Below the pieces are notes generated by a model. That model was not told the DNA's origin and did no database searches. It saw only the letters and a list, made by a program, of their open reading frames with translations. Position numbers and translations under genes: made by a program. Positions 6,177 through 15,191 of a stretch of 44,793 bases of DNA are shown piece by piece (positions within the stretch are counted from its first letter, which is position 1; the number at the start of each line of letters is the position of its first letter). This DNA is from a virus (lineage: Duplodnaviria > Heunggongvirae > Uroviricota > Caudoviricetes): positions 1 to 44,793 of IMG/VR virus record IMGVR_UViG_2974628062_000001; one strand, 5' to 3'.

Positions 6177-7172
6177 TTGAAAGTAAGTTATTATACAGTT
6201 AGAGGAGACTTGAGACCAGATAATGGTTTCGGTTATGCGGGAGAGAATATCCGCAGGAGTCTAACTAACCTTGGTCATGAGGTTACATTCCATGACGAAT
6301 CAGCGGATGTACAGATTGACTTCTGTCATCCGGTTTACTATGCCCATTTCCCTAGTCAATATAAGATTGGCTACTCACCATGGGAATCCTCAGCCTTGCC
6401 AGAAGGTTGGCTCAAGGGTTTTAATTCTGTAGATGAAGTTTGGGCTCCATCACAGAAGTGTAAAGAATGGTTTGAGGACGGTGGAGCTAAGAACGTCAAG
6501 GTCTATGAGCATGGTATCGAGCCTATTTGGTCTCCAAAACAAAGAAAGCCCCAACAGAAGGTAAAGTTTCTCCATATCGGAGAACCTGCACCACGTAAGG
6601 GCGGACAGCTTGCTCTTGAAGCGTTTGTAGAGGCTTTTGGAAACAATCCTAACGTACATCTTACCATTAAGGCTAACGGTCATAACACAACCCGCGCGTA
6701 TTGGTCAACCTTTCATCGCGGGGGTCCTCGCAGCATCCTTGGACTACCTCATCAGGTTTATCCAAATGTTACCGTTATCGAAGACTCTCTGTCTATCGAT
6801 GAGCTTGTAGGACTTTACCACAGCCACCATGCACTTGTCTACCCTTCTTGGGGAGAAGGCTTTGGCCTGATTCCTCTACAAGGGCTTGCAACAGGTATGC
6901 CTACTATTTGTACAGGAGCTTGGGCACCATATGAAAGATTCCTTGGTAATCTTTCACTGGATTCTCAGGAAGCTCTGACAAAGTGGCCAGACTTTCATCC
7001 TGGAATGATGTTCGAGCCAGATAGGCATCACCTAGTAGAACTCTACAGATACGTATATGAAAATTATGATGCCCTTTCCTTGCAATTCTTTGATAATGCT
7101 AAGGATGTGCATAGAGAATACAATTGGGATTCTCTTACAGAGAAGGCTTTTAAGCATTTGGAGAATAGATGA
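6177..7172 (+). CDS. Glycosyltransferase, GT-B fold (GT4-like), copy 1
   Basis: KFLHIGEPAPRKGG and LVYPSWGEGFGLIPLQGLATGMP (E-x7 GT4 signature region). Confidence 0.9.
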   Translation: MKVSYYTVRGDLRPDNGFGYAGENIRRSLTNLGHEVTFHDESADVQIDFCHPVYYAHFPSQYKIGYSPWESSALPEGWLKGFNSVDEVWAPSQKCKEWFEDGGAKNVKVYEHGIEPIWSPKQRKPQQKVKFLHIGEPAPRKGGQLALEAFVEAFGNNPNVHLTIKANGHNTTRAYWSTFHRGGPRSILGLPHQVYPNVTVIEDSLSIDELVGLYHSHHALVYPSWGEGFGLIPLQGLATGMPTICTGAWAPYERFLGNLSLDSQEALTKWPDFHPGMMFEPDRHHLVELYRYVYENYDALSLQFFDNAKDVHREYNWDSLTEKAFKHLENR

Positions 7173-8152
7173 AGATTTCTTTTCATACAGAAAGAGATAA
7201 TCTAGATACAACTCGCGGATATGGTTATGCAGGATTCAACATTGTGACCTCTTTGCAAAGACTTGGTCATGAAGTTCCTTTCGATGATGCTAGTGCACCT
7301 GTACAGATTTCATTGAACCCGCCGCACTGGTACAAGTTCAACGAAGGACAGTACCGTATCGGATACACGCCCTGGGAGTCAACAGTTCTTCCAGATGGAT
7401 GGCTGAAGGCCATGAACGATTGTGATGAGGTCTGGGCAACTTCAGAATGGGTTGCAAACGTCTATGAAATGGCGGGTGTCAAGAAGCCTATCCACGTATA
7501 TGAGCATGGCCTAGACAAAATGTGGAAGCCTCGCAGACGTAGAGCAGGAGAGGTCATCAAGTTTCTTCACATAGGTGAGCCTGCGTTGCGCAAGGGTGGA
7601 CAGATGACTGTTGAAGCCTTTCGGGAAGTCTTTGGAGACAGAGAAGATGTTCATTTGACCATCAAGGCTTATCATCAGCATTTTTTGCGGGTATGGAAGG
7701 ATGGAAAGATTACAACTCCAGATAAGGCATACAACAATGTAACTGTCATTACAGAGCAAATGCATTTGAATGAATTGCTGGAATTGTATTATGAACACGA
7801 CGTTCTTGTTTATCCATCATATGGTGAAGGATTTGGATTCATTCCGTTGCAGGCATTGGGAACTGGAATGCCAGTAGTTTCCACTCTGCAATGGGCACCT
7901 TACAGAAAGTTCATGGAGGAACTTCCAATTGGCACGCGACGTGACAGAAGCATTTGGGCTCTACATCCTGGGGACGTTCTATATCCTGACTACAGGCATC
8001 TCATGGGCCATCTCTACAACCTATCACGCAGAGAGGTGCTTGAAGAGCATCAGAAGCGATTCTTCCTGAGAGCCAATGAGGTTCACAAGGAATACGATTG
8101 GGACAGAAAGACAGAGAAAGCATTCTCCCATGTGGTCAGCAGGTTTACCTAA
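7169..8152 (+). CDS. Glycosyltransferase, GT-B fold (GT4-like), copy 2
   Basis: KFLHIGEPALRKGG and LVYPSYGEGFGFIPLQALGTGMP; collinear paralogue of copy 1; ATGA overlap. Confidence 0.9.
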   Translation: MKISFHTERDNLDTTRGYGYAGFNIVTSLQRLGHEVPFDDASAPVQISLNPPHWYKFNEGQYRIGYTPWESTVLPDGWLKAMNDCDEVWATSEWVANVYEMAGVKKPIHVYEHGLDKMWKPRRRRAGEVIKFLHIGEPALRKGGQMTVEAFREVFGDREDVHLTIKAYHQHFLRVWKDGKITTPDKAYNNVTVITEQMHLNELLELYYEHDVLVYPSYGEGFGFIPLQALGTGMPVVSTLQWAPYRKFMEELPIGTRRDRSIWALHPGDVLYPDYRHLMGHLYNLSRREVLEEHQKRFFLRANEVHKEYDWDRKTEKAFSHVVSRFT

Positions 8153-8176
8153 TCTTGACCTGAAAAGTAACTGAAA

Positions 8177-8201
8177 ACCCCCGCTCACTAAGGGCGGGGG
8201 T
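8177..8201. terminator. GC-rich hairpin between glycosyltransferases and RNR (terminator-like, weak + strand U-tract)
   Basis: ACCCCCGC-TCACTAAGG-GCGGGGGT; A-tract on the 5' side. Confidence 0.55.
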
Positions 8202-8232
8202 GTTACTATAGAAGAACCACAACATCTAGTAT
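8201..8232 (+). promoter_or_regulatory. Extended -10 promoter (TGTTACTAT) plus NrdR-box-like operator CCACAACATCTAGTAT
   Basis: Core CAACATCTAG fits the CwAnATnTwG core of the NrdR consensus acaCwAtATaTwGtgt; directly upstream of the RNR gene. Confidence 0.6.
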
Positions 8233-8267
8233 TAGGCCCGGCAGGGTCAGAAGGAGTTTTGCTTTTT

Positions 8268-10211
8268 ATGGATTTCATCGACGCTACGGGCCGTATCTCC
8301 GACCCATATCGTAACTTTATCCACTTGTCTCGCTATTCACGATGGCTAGAAGACGAGGGACGCAGAGAGACTTGGGTTGAGACTGTTAATCGCTATATGG
8401 ATTTCATGCTTGACCATCTGAAGAAGAACAACGGTTATGAGCCACCACAGGAGCATGTCAACCTGGTTCACAACTTTATTATGGAGCACCGCGCACTTCC
8501 ATCTATGCGTGCTCTAATGACAGCAGGACCCGCGCTTGAGCGCAATAACATTGCAGGATACAACTGTTCCTATGTAGTAGTTGACAACCCAGTAGCATTT
8601 GATGAGATTCTTTATATTCTTATGAATGGAACTGGAGTTGGATTCTCCGCAGAAGAGCGTTATGTATCTCAGCTTCCAGTAATTCCGCAGCTTCACGATT
8701 CTGATAACACCATTGTAGTAGAGGATTCCAAGGAGGGTTGGGCTCATGCCTACCACGACCTTGTTGCAGGTCTTTACAATGGAGTTATTCAGAAGTGGGA
8801 TGTTAGCAAGGTTCGACCAGCAGGCGCAAGACTTAAGACGTTTGGTGGTCGTGCATCAGGTCCCGCTCCACTAGTTGAGCTTTTCGAGTTCACCGTTTCA
8901 ACTTTCCTAAAGGCACAGGGCCGCAAGCTTACTGACCTAGAGGCTCACGACATTGTTTGTGAGATTGCAAGCGTTGTTGTAGTTGGTGGTGTTCGTCGTT
9001 CAGCCCTTATTTCCTTGGGTGACCTTGGTTCTGATGGACATCGTACAGCAAAGTCGGGAGCTTGGTGGGAGAAGAACGGTCAGCGTGCTCTAGCAAATAA
9101 CTCAGCGGTCTTTGATTCAAAGCCCAGCCGAGAGGTGTTCGACAATGAGTGGCAGGCTCTAATTGACTCTGGCTCGGGTGAGCGAGGCATCTTCAACCGA
9201 GAGGCATCACGTAAGCAGGCTGCGAAGTTTGGTCGTAGAAGTCACGATGTGGATTACGGAACGAATCCATGCAGTGAAATCATTCTCCGTCCAAATCAGT
9301 TCTGTAACCTATCAACTGTTGTAGTTGAGGCTGATGATACCTACATTGACCTAGCTGCTAAGGTTCGTGCAGCCACAATTCTTGGTACTTGGCAGTCCAC
9401 TTTGACTAACTTTAAGTACTTGCGACCATTGTGGAAGCAGAACACGGAGCAGGAAAGACTCCTCGGAGTTTCAATGACTGGTCCGTTCGGCAACAAGTTG
9501 CTTAATGGCACCATTTCATTCAGAAAGACAGAAGATATTCTGGTTTCTTTGCGTTTCGAGGCCGTAAAGACCAATCAGATTGTTGCGGATGACATTGGTA
9601 TTCCACGTTCTGCTGCTATTACTTGTGTAAAGCCAGAAGGAACGACATCACAGCTTACGCTAACATCTTCTGGATTGCACGCATGGCACAACGACGAGTA
9701 CATTCGTACTGTTCGTGGCGACCGAAAGGACCCGCTAAGTCAGTTCCTCATCGATTCAGGATTCCCTTATGAGCCTGATGTGATGAACCCAGAGAATACG
9801 GTTGTATTCTCCTTCCCAATCAAGGCTCCGGAGGGTGCAATCACCCGACACGAGCTTGATGCCAAGCGACACCTTGACCTATGGATGCTTTATCAGCGTG
9901 CATGGTGCGAGCACAAGCCTTCTGTCACGATTTATGTGAAGCCAGAAGAGTGGGACGAAGTTGGCGATTGGGTTTACGAGAACTTTGATGAGGTTTCTGG
10001 AATTTCCTTCCTTCCTCATTCAGAGCATACGTACCAGCAGGCACCATATCAGGACATTAGCACTCAGGAATACAATGAGTGGCTAGATAGAATGCCAAAG
10101 GATGTTGATTGGGACATGCTTTCCTCATACGAGGTAGAGGATACCACAACTGGAACGCAGGAGCTTGCTTGTACAGCAGGTGCTTGTGATGTAGTAGATA
10201 TCTCTAAGTGA
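8268..10211 (+). CDS. nrdJ: Class II adenosylcobalamin-dependent ribonucleotide reductase
   Basis: TNPCSEI, TCVKPEGTTSQL, C-terminal redox pair ACTAGAC; no small-subunit gene follows; ATG 8268 fits AAGGAG spacing better than TTG 8259. Confidence 0.92.
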   Translation: MDFIDATGRISDPYRNFIHLSRYSRWLEDEGRRETWVETVNRYMDFMLDHLKKNNGYEPPQEHVNLVHNFIMEHRALPSMRALMTAGPALERNNIAGYNCSYVVVDNPVAFDEILYILMNGTGVGFSAEERYVSQLPVIPQLHDSDNTIVVEDSKEGWAHAYHDLVAGLYNGVIQKWDVSKVRPAGARLKTFGGRASGPAPLVELFEFTVSTFLKAQGRKLTDLEAHDIVCEIASVVVVGGVRRSALISLGDLGSDGHRTAKSGAWWEKNGQRALANNSAVFDSKPSREVFDNEWQALIDSGSGERGIFNREASRKQAAKFGRRSHDVDYGTNPCSEIILRPNQFCNLSTVVVEADDTYIDLAAKVRAATILGTWQSTLTNFKYLRPLWKQNTEQERLLGVSMTGPFGNKLLNGTISFRKTEDILVSLRFEAVKTNQIVADDIGIPRSAAITCVKPEGTTSQLTLTSSGLHAWHNDEYIRTVRGDRKDPLSQFLIDSGFPYEPDVMNPENTVVFSFPIKAPEGAITRHELDAKRHLDLWMLYQRAWCEHKPSVTIYVKPEEWDEVGDWVYENFDEVSGISFLPHSEHTYQQAPYQDISTQEYNEWLDRMPKDVDWDMLSSYEVEDTTTGTQELACTAGACDVVDISK

Positions 10212-10225
10212 ATTTTGCATTAAGA

Positions 10226-10251
10226 CCCGGCCAGAAATGGCCGGGCTTTTT
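10226..10251 (+). terminator. Intrinsic terminator after RNR
   Basis: CCCGGCCA-GAAA-TGGCCGGG then CTTTTT. Confidence 0.85.
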
Positions 10252-10278
10252 GTTTTATTGAAGCTTTGGCGCTATACT
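10250..10278 (+). promoter_or_regulatory. Endolysin promoter overlapping the terminator U-tract
   Basis: TTGTTT-N17-TATACT; GGAGGAGGTGA SD downstream. Confidence 0.65.
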
Positions 10279-10301
10279 ATATGGAGGAGGTGAAAGATAA
10301 T

Positions 10302-11318
10302 ATGGCAACACCAATGACGGCAACACAAATTGTCGCTCAGCTAAAGAAGTGGGGAGTTCCTTATAAGGAGTATAAGGATTGGAAGAACCACAATCGTAAT
10401 CACATGGGTGCATGGGGTCCTGTAAATGGATTCATGGTTCACCACACTGGTTCCGATGGTAAGGACCAGCGTGAACTACTTTACGCGGGTATCTCTGGTC
10501 TTCCAGGTCCACTCTGTCACTTCGGGCTTGCTCAGGATGGAACTGTCCACCTAGTTGGATGGGGACGTGCAAATCATGCTGGTTCTGGTGACCCAGACGT
10601 TCTTAAGGCAGTAATTGATGAAAGCTATGGAGCCAATCCACCTGTAGACAATCAGTCTTCAGTTGATGGAAATGCGAGATTCTATGGTGTAGAGATTTGG
10701 TATTCAGGAAGTCACGCAATGTCAACAGCTCAGTATGCGACTCTTCGCAAGCTAGCATCGGCTATTTGCGATTTTCATGGATGGTCAGAAAAGAGCGTTA
10801 TCGGTCACGGTGAATGGGGAAGCCCAGGAAAGTGGGACCCAGGTATTTCATCAGGTAAGATGATGGATATGGCCAAGGTTCGTGCAGATGTCAAGTCTAC
10901 TCTTGGCGGAAGCAAGGAGCCGGACCCAGTTCCATCAAAGCCAGCAGATTCAGCAAGCACTCACACAGTTGTAAAGGGAGAAACCCTTTGGGCTATTGCT
11001 TCCAAGTACAAGGTGAGTGTTGACAATCTAAAGAAGTGGAACAACCTTAAGTCAGACACTCTTGACGTTGGTCAGAAGTTGTCTGTTAAGGCACCAGCTT
11101 CTTCAGGAGGAGGAACATCTACAGTGGCAAAGAAGGACGCAACATATAAGTCAGTCTGGGACCTTGATGTAGCAACCCCACCAAAGGGTCGTGAAACCAA
11201 GGAAAACCCAACTTGGGCTCCAGCATCTATTCTTCGTGGACTCTATGAGAATCTAGATGCACTGACCAAGAAGGTCGATGAGCTTTCAAAGAAGATTGAC
11301 GCACTAAATTCTAAGTGA
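10302..11318 (+). CDS. Endolysin: N-acetylmuramoyl-L-alanine amidase (Amidase_2) with LysM domain
   Basis: VHHTG, HFGL, RANHAG, VIGHGEW...KWDPG; LysM THTVVKGETLWAIASKYKVSVDNLKKWNNLKSDTLDVGQKL. Confidence 0.92.
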   Translation: MATPMTATQIVAQLKKWGVPYKEYKDWKNHNRNHMGAWGPVNGFMVHHTGSDGKDQRELLYAGISGLPGPLCHFGLAQDGTVHLVGWGRANHAGSGDPDVLKAVIDESYGANPPVDNQSSVDGNARFYGVEIWYSGSHAMSTAQYATLRKLASAICDFHGWSEKSVIGHGEWGSPGKWDPGISSGKMMDMAKVRADVKSTLGGSKEPDPVPSKPADSASTHTVVKGETLWAIASKYKVSVDNLKKWNNLKSDTLDVGQKLSVKAPASSGGGTSTVAKKDATYKSVWDLDVATPPKGRETKENPTWAPASILRGLYENLDALTKKVDELSKKIDALNSK

Positions 11319-11324
11319 TATAAT
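11296..11324 (+). promoter_or_regulatory. Near-consensus promoter in the 3' end of the endolysin gene
   Basis: TTGACG-N17-TATAAT. Confidence 0.8.
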
Positions 11325-11330
11325 CTAAGT

Positions 11331-11431
11331 ACAGCTTATGGAAATGAGTCCGAGCTGTCTGGCGACATTCGTGCCGCTAGCTTAGGATGTTTATACTTAC
11401 CGACTAACCCCTGCCGAAAGGCGGGGGTTTT
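11331..11431 (+). ncRNA. Candidate ~100-nt structured small RNA
   Basis: Predicted TSS at the base of hairpin ACAGCUU...GAGCUGU; second hairpin CUGGCG-A-CA-UUCG-UG-C-CGCUAG; ends in a GAAA-loop terminator; no credible ORF with SD. Confidence 0.65.
11406..11431 (+). terminator. Intrinsic terminator of the candidate sRNA / endolysin transcript
   Basis: AACCCCTGCC-GAAA-GGCGGGGGTT then TT. Confidence 0.85.
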
Positions 11432-11458
11432 GTCGTTTTCCGATAAGTGCGATATACT
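11430..11458 (+). promoter_or_regulatory. Promoter for the LamG gene overlapping the terminator U-tract
   Basis: TTGTCG-N17-TATACT; ATG 11468 is 9 nt downstream, no SD. Confidence 0.65.
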
Positions 11459-11467
11459 TTAATTACC

Positions 11468-13189
11468 ATGACTTACATTTACTATGCACTGAGAGAGGGA
11501 CCTATTGGATTGTGGTCTTTCGACAGTCTTCCACTAAACGATAGTTCCGGGTATGGTAATAATGCCACTTATACAGGAACTCCAACGACAACCCGCCCAA
11601 TTGTTGCGGGTGGCGTCGCGGCTCAGCATGTCGATGCTGGGGACACAATCAATTATCCAATCAACTCAGTAATGATTCAGGGTAGGGAGAGCAGAAGCTT
11701 TTCCCTAGAAGCTTGGATTAAGCCACAGAGTGGTACAGCAGCTCTGATGGTTCGAGACAACAGCGGACTCTTCCTTGACGACCTTGTTCTCAGGTTCACT
11801 GTAGACTTTGGTACAACAGTAAGTGTTGAGTACAATCATTTGAATGCAGGCGAAATCTACCATGTCGTGGCTACGTATGATGGTCAGTCCATCCTTCTCT
11901 TTGTAAATGGTCAAATGGTAGCTGGTCAGAATATCGACCAGGCTCTCGTTTTGGCGGGCTTCGATGATACCACTTCAAATCTCAAGACAACAATGTCATC
12001 TTCAATGGTCATGGATACACCAGCAGTCTACAACTATGCTCTCGACGTATCAGCCATTAACAGACATTATTTGTATGGAACTAATTATCCACAGGTAGTT
12101 AATCTCTCAACCATCAATGGTGGAAAGTACTACATCTTCTCAGATGCAGCCACTTCTGTCTATGAAAGCCTATCATTCGGAAACGAGGATTCATGGAATC
12201 TAGGTCTTATGGATACAACGATTACTTCTGTAGATAACAAATTGGTAAACGTATATGATGAGACAGCAACCGAATGGCTAGGTGGAACATGGACGTATCA
12301 ATTCTCTGTAGACCCAGAAACCGGCGCGGGTATCACTCTTAATGGTTCAAAGATTACATGGAACTCAAGTGTTCCAATTACAGTAGAAACATCAACAGAC
12401 AACACTACATGGACTCCAGTAGCGAATGGCGATTCTATCCTAGGTGTCGTAGACCTGTCAACAGGCTATGCAATCTCTGTCAGAGTGACCTTGCCAAATA
12501 CTGTAGATGAGCAAGCTTTTGTCGATAACCTTGACATTGTACTGTACAAGAGCAAGACAGTTCTAGGAAGTGACGAATCACTGCCAGCTACCTTTGTAAA
12601 TCCTCTGACAGTCAAAATTGCCAAGGATGACTACAGTCCCGCCAGTTTTAACGACAACGCTGGAGTTTTGCTACCAGCCAACAGTGGGTTCTCTGTACCA
12701 GCAGACACCGACTTTGACCCTTACTATGCGGTAGAGGCAACTGTGAAGTTTGATTCTAGCACACCGAGCAAGACGGTTCTGTCATTGGGAACTGCTTCTA
12801 TTACTTCAAATGGAAGCGGTCAGTGGGTATTCAGTGGACTATCAGCTCTCTATGTAGACGGAGTTTCAGTAACTTCACCATTCACCATTTCTTCGGGAAA
12901 GTGGCACCACGTATTGGCCGTACTTTCATCAGCACAAACCGCTGCCGTATACGTCGGAAGTGATTCCGGCGGGTCTGCTAACTATCCAATGCGTGTAGGA
13001 TATCTAGCTCTTTACGCTTCTAACGTTAGCTCATTTATGGCAGACGCAATCTACGATACTTGGGTTGGCATGTCTGCAATTCAGATTCAGGAACCTGATG
13101 TCGCAGTAATTGAAGAGTCTCCATTCGCATCAACAGGCATTGCATTCAGGGCTTACACATTTGATTGGGCTATTACTGGAGCTGGATAA
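11468..13189 (+). CDS. LamG/concanavalin-like domain virion protein (minor tail or head-associated)
   Basis: FSLEAWIKP...HVVATYDGQSILLFVNG (LamG); second LamG-like region GKWHHVLAV; beta-rich. Confidence 0.8.
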   Translation: MTYIYYALREGPIGLWSFDSLPLNDSSGYGNNATYTGTPTTTRPIVAGGVAAQHVDAGDTINYPINSVMIQGRESRSFSLEAWIKPQSGTAALMVRDNSGLFLDDLVLRFTVDFGTTVSVEYNHLNAGEIYHVVATYDGQSILLFVNGQMVAGQNIDQALVLAGFDDTTSNLKTTMSSSMVMDTPAVYNYALDVSAINRHYLYGTNYPQVVNLSTINGGKYYIFSDAATSVYESLSFGNEDSWNLGLMDTTITSVDNKLVNVYDETATEWLGGTWTYQFSVDPETGAGITLNGSKITWNSSVPITVETSTDNTTWTPVANGDSILGVVDLSTGYAISVRVTLPNTVDEQAFVDNLDIVLYKSKTVLGSDESLPATFVNPLTVKIAKDDYSPASFNDNAGVLLPANSGFSVPADTDFDPYYAVEATVKFDSSTPSKTVLSLGTASITSNGSGQWVFSGLSALYVDGVSVTSPFTISSGKWHHVLAVLSSAQTAAVYVGSDSGGSANYPMRVGYLALYASNVSSFMADAIYDTWVGMSAIQIQEPDVAVIEESPFASTGIAFRAYTFDWAITGAG

Positions 13190-13249
13190 CCAATTACGTG
13201 ACAAAACTTGCCCTTAGAACGCAATTTTGACGCAAAACTGGCCTATAAT

Positions 13250-13278
13250 TTGCTCCAAGGCAAGGATAAAGGTATAAT
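13250..13278 (+). promoter_or_regulatory. Promoter for the head module, leaderless
   Basis: TTGCTC-N17-TATAAT, 7 nt before ATG 13286. Confidence 0.65.
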
Positions 13279-13285
13279 TCTTTCT

Positions 13286-13603
13286 ATGAAGACTACACGA
13301 AAGCAAATGGTAGAAGAGGTTCCCTGGGGAGTTTATGTCTGGGAGATGCCTGATGGTCGCTGGATTGGTGACGACGATGGTAATTTCTTGAACATTGCCT
13401 CTATGAAGGGTGACCAGAAGCGTATTCAGGAGTTGAAGGACACTGTACGCTCTTATGGCATTACCGAAGGTAAGCCATTCTATCTGTCAGGACACCGACA
13501 GGTAAACGATGAAGAATTTGAAGAGCAGAAGCGTCGAATGGCATTTGGTCTTATTCCAGATGAGCTTGATGTTGCTGCGTGGAGAGAGGAGCAGGCTAGG
13601 TAA
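13286..13603 (+). CDS. Hypothetical protein preceding portal, 105 aa
   Basis: ORF track (start moved to ATG 13286); TAATG coupling with portal. Confidence 0.8.
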   Translation: MKTTRKQMVEEVPWGVYVWEMPDGRWIGDDDGNFLNIASMKGDQKRIQELKDTVRSYGITEGKPFYLSGHRQVNDEEFEEQKRRMAFGLIPDELDVAAWREEQAR

Positions 13604-15186
13604 TGACGCACAAGGTTGTATCAGCCGAAGATGAAGCACGAGAAATTGAAGTAAAGGTGGGTTCAATTGTCGAATATCAGGCTTCATCCAAGGAAGTAGA
13701 TGTATTCTCAAAGTCCGTTAACGAGGTTCGTAAGATGGACGGGCTTACTCCTGCCCTAAAGCGTGCAGCCACCCGAGAATTGCAGAAGTTCCAGCGTGGA
13801 ACTGGTGGTGCTAAGACCAAGCGTGAAGAGCGAGACGAGATTACAGGATACAACCTGTTTGAGGTGGTTATGCCGCCTTACAACCTTGATTATCTCGCTG
13901 CCTTGTACGAGAAGTCATCGCCACACGCTGCTGCGGTAAAGGCTAAGGTGAAGAATATCGCCGGGTTGGGGTACCAGTTCGTAGAATCAGAAGCCACCAA
14001 GGAAAAGTTGGACGAGATTGAGGGAGACGAAGACAAGCTAAAGAAGCTTCGTCGTAAGCTTTCTCGGGGGCGACGAGAATTGAATGACTGGCTTGACTCA
14101 TGTAATGAGGAAGACGAGTTCGATGAGACGCTTGGAAAGCTCTGGACTGATTACGAGACCACCGGAAACGCCTACCTTGAGGTAGGCAGAAAGAATACTG
14201 GGGAAATTGGATACATCGGTCACATTCCATCAACCACTCTTCGTATCAGGAAGCAGCGTGATGGATTTGTTCAGATTATTTCCAACCGGGCAGTATTCTT
14301 CAGAAACTTCGGGGATAAGGAAACAACTGACCCAATTGGTCATGACCCACGTCCTAACGAAATCATTCACCTGAAGAAGTATACTCCAACTCATGGCTAC
14401 TATGGCGTTCCAGACATCATTTCTGCCATGACAGCGGTTACCGGAAACGAGTTTTCCGCACGCTTCAACCTTGACTATTTTGAGAACAAGGCTGTCCCAC
14501 GTTACGTTATCGTAATCAAGGGTGGTAACCTCTCAGCAAGGTCAGAGCAGCAGATTCTTGAGTTCTTCCAGGCATCATTGAAGGGCAAGAATCACCGCAC
14601 CCTATATGTACCTCTTCCAGCAGATGAAGAGGGAAAGAAGGTTTCATTTGAAATGAAGCCAGTAGAAACAGGAACTCAGGATTCTTCATTCAACAACTAT
14701 CGTAAGGGTAATCTGAATGAAATCCTCATGGCACATGGTGTTCCTATTTCAAAGGTATCTCTAGGCGAGGGTGTTTCACTTGCAGCCGCGCGAGATGCTG
14801 ATAAGACATTCAAGGAGCAGGTATGTCGTCCAGACCAGCGTGTCCTTGAAAAGAAGTTGAACAAGGTTGTCAAGGAATTGACCGATGTCTTTGTTTTGAA
14901 GCTCAATGAGCTTTCACTTACTGACGAAGACACTCAGTCAAAGATTGATGAGCGATACCTACGTCTCGGAACTTACCTACCAAATGAGGTACGTGCTCGA
15001 AAGGGAATGCCTGGTATTAAGGGCGGAGACAAGCCAGTGGAACTTAAGCCTCAGCAGGCGGCAGAGGCCAAGACACAGGCTTCAGGTAATAGAAAGAGAG
15101 ACCAGGAGCGTTCAGGAAACTCGACTGATTCTGCGTCTTCAACAAATACTCGAAATCCACAGGGAGAAGGAAGACAGACCGCCTAA
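13603..15186 (+). CDS. Portal protein
   Basis: TGNAYLEV, IIHLK..YYGVP, YFENKAVP, GVPISKV, NEVRARKGMP motifs of HK97/PBSX-type portals; position. Confidence 0.9.
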   Translation: MTHKVVSAEDEAREIEVKVGSIVEYQASSKEVDVFSKSVNEVRKMDGLTPALKRAATRELQKFQRGTGGAKTKREERDEITGYNLFEVVMPPYNLDYLAALYEKSSPHAAAVKAKVKNIAGLGYQFVESEATKEKLDEIEGDEDKLKKLRRKLSRGRRELNDWLDSCNEEDEFDETLGKLWTDYETTGNAYLEVGRKNTGEIGYIGHIPSTTLRIRKQRDGFVQIISNRAVFFRNFGDKETTDPIGHDPRPNEIIHLKKYTPTHGYYGVPDIISAMTAVTGNEFSARFNLDYFENKAVPRYVIVIKGGNLSARSEQQILEFFQASLKGKNHRTLYVPLPADEEGKKVSFEMKPVETGTQDSSFNNYRKGNLNEILMAHGVPISKVSLGEGVSLAAARDADKTFKEQVCRPDQRVLEKKLNKVVKELTDVFVLKLNELSLTDEDTQSKIDERYLRLGTYLPNEVRARKGMPGIKGGDKPVELKPQQAAEAKTQASGNRKRDQERSGNSTDSASSTNTRNPQGEGRQTA

Positions 15187-15191
15187 TATAA

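Noticed and set aside
8268-10211. Intein or intron in the RNR
   Set aside because: Length is normal for a compact class II enzyme; no intein splice motifs or frame break
11338-11385. Mini-ORF MEMSPSCLATFVPLA and AUG UUU AUA CUU ACC GAC UAA inside the candidate sRNA
   Set aside because: First has no SD and its start lies in a stem; second is 6 codons; RNA-level structure explains the region better
13227-13249. TTGACG...TATAAT promoter
   Set aside because: Spacer only 11 nt; the downstream TTGCTC-17-TATAAT fits properly
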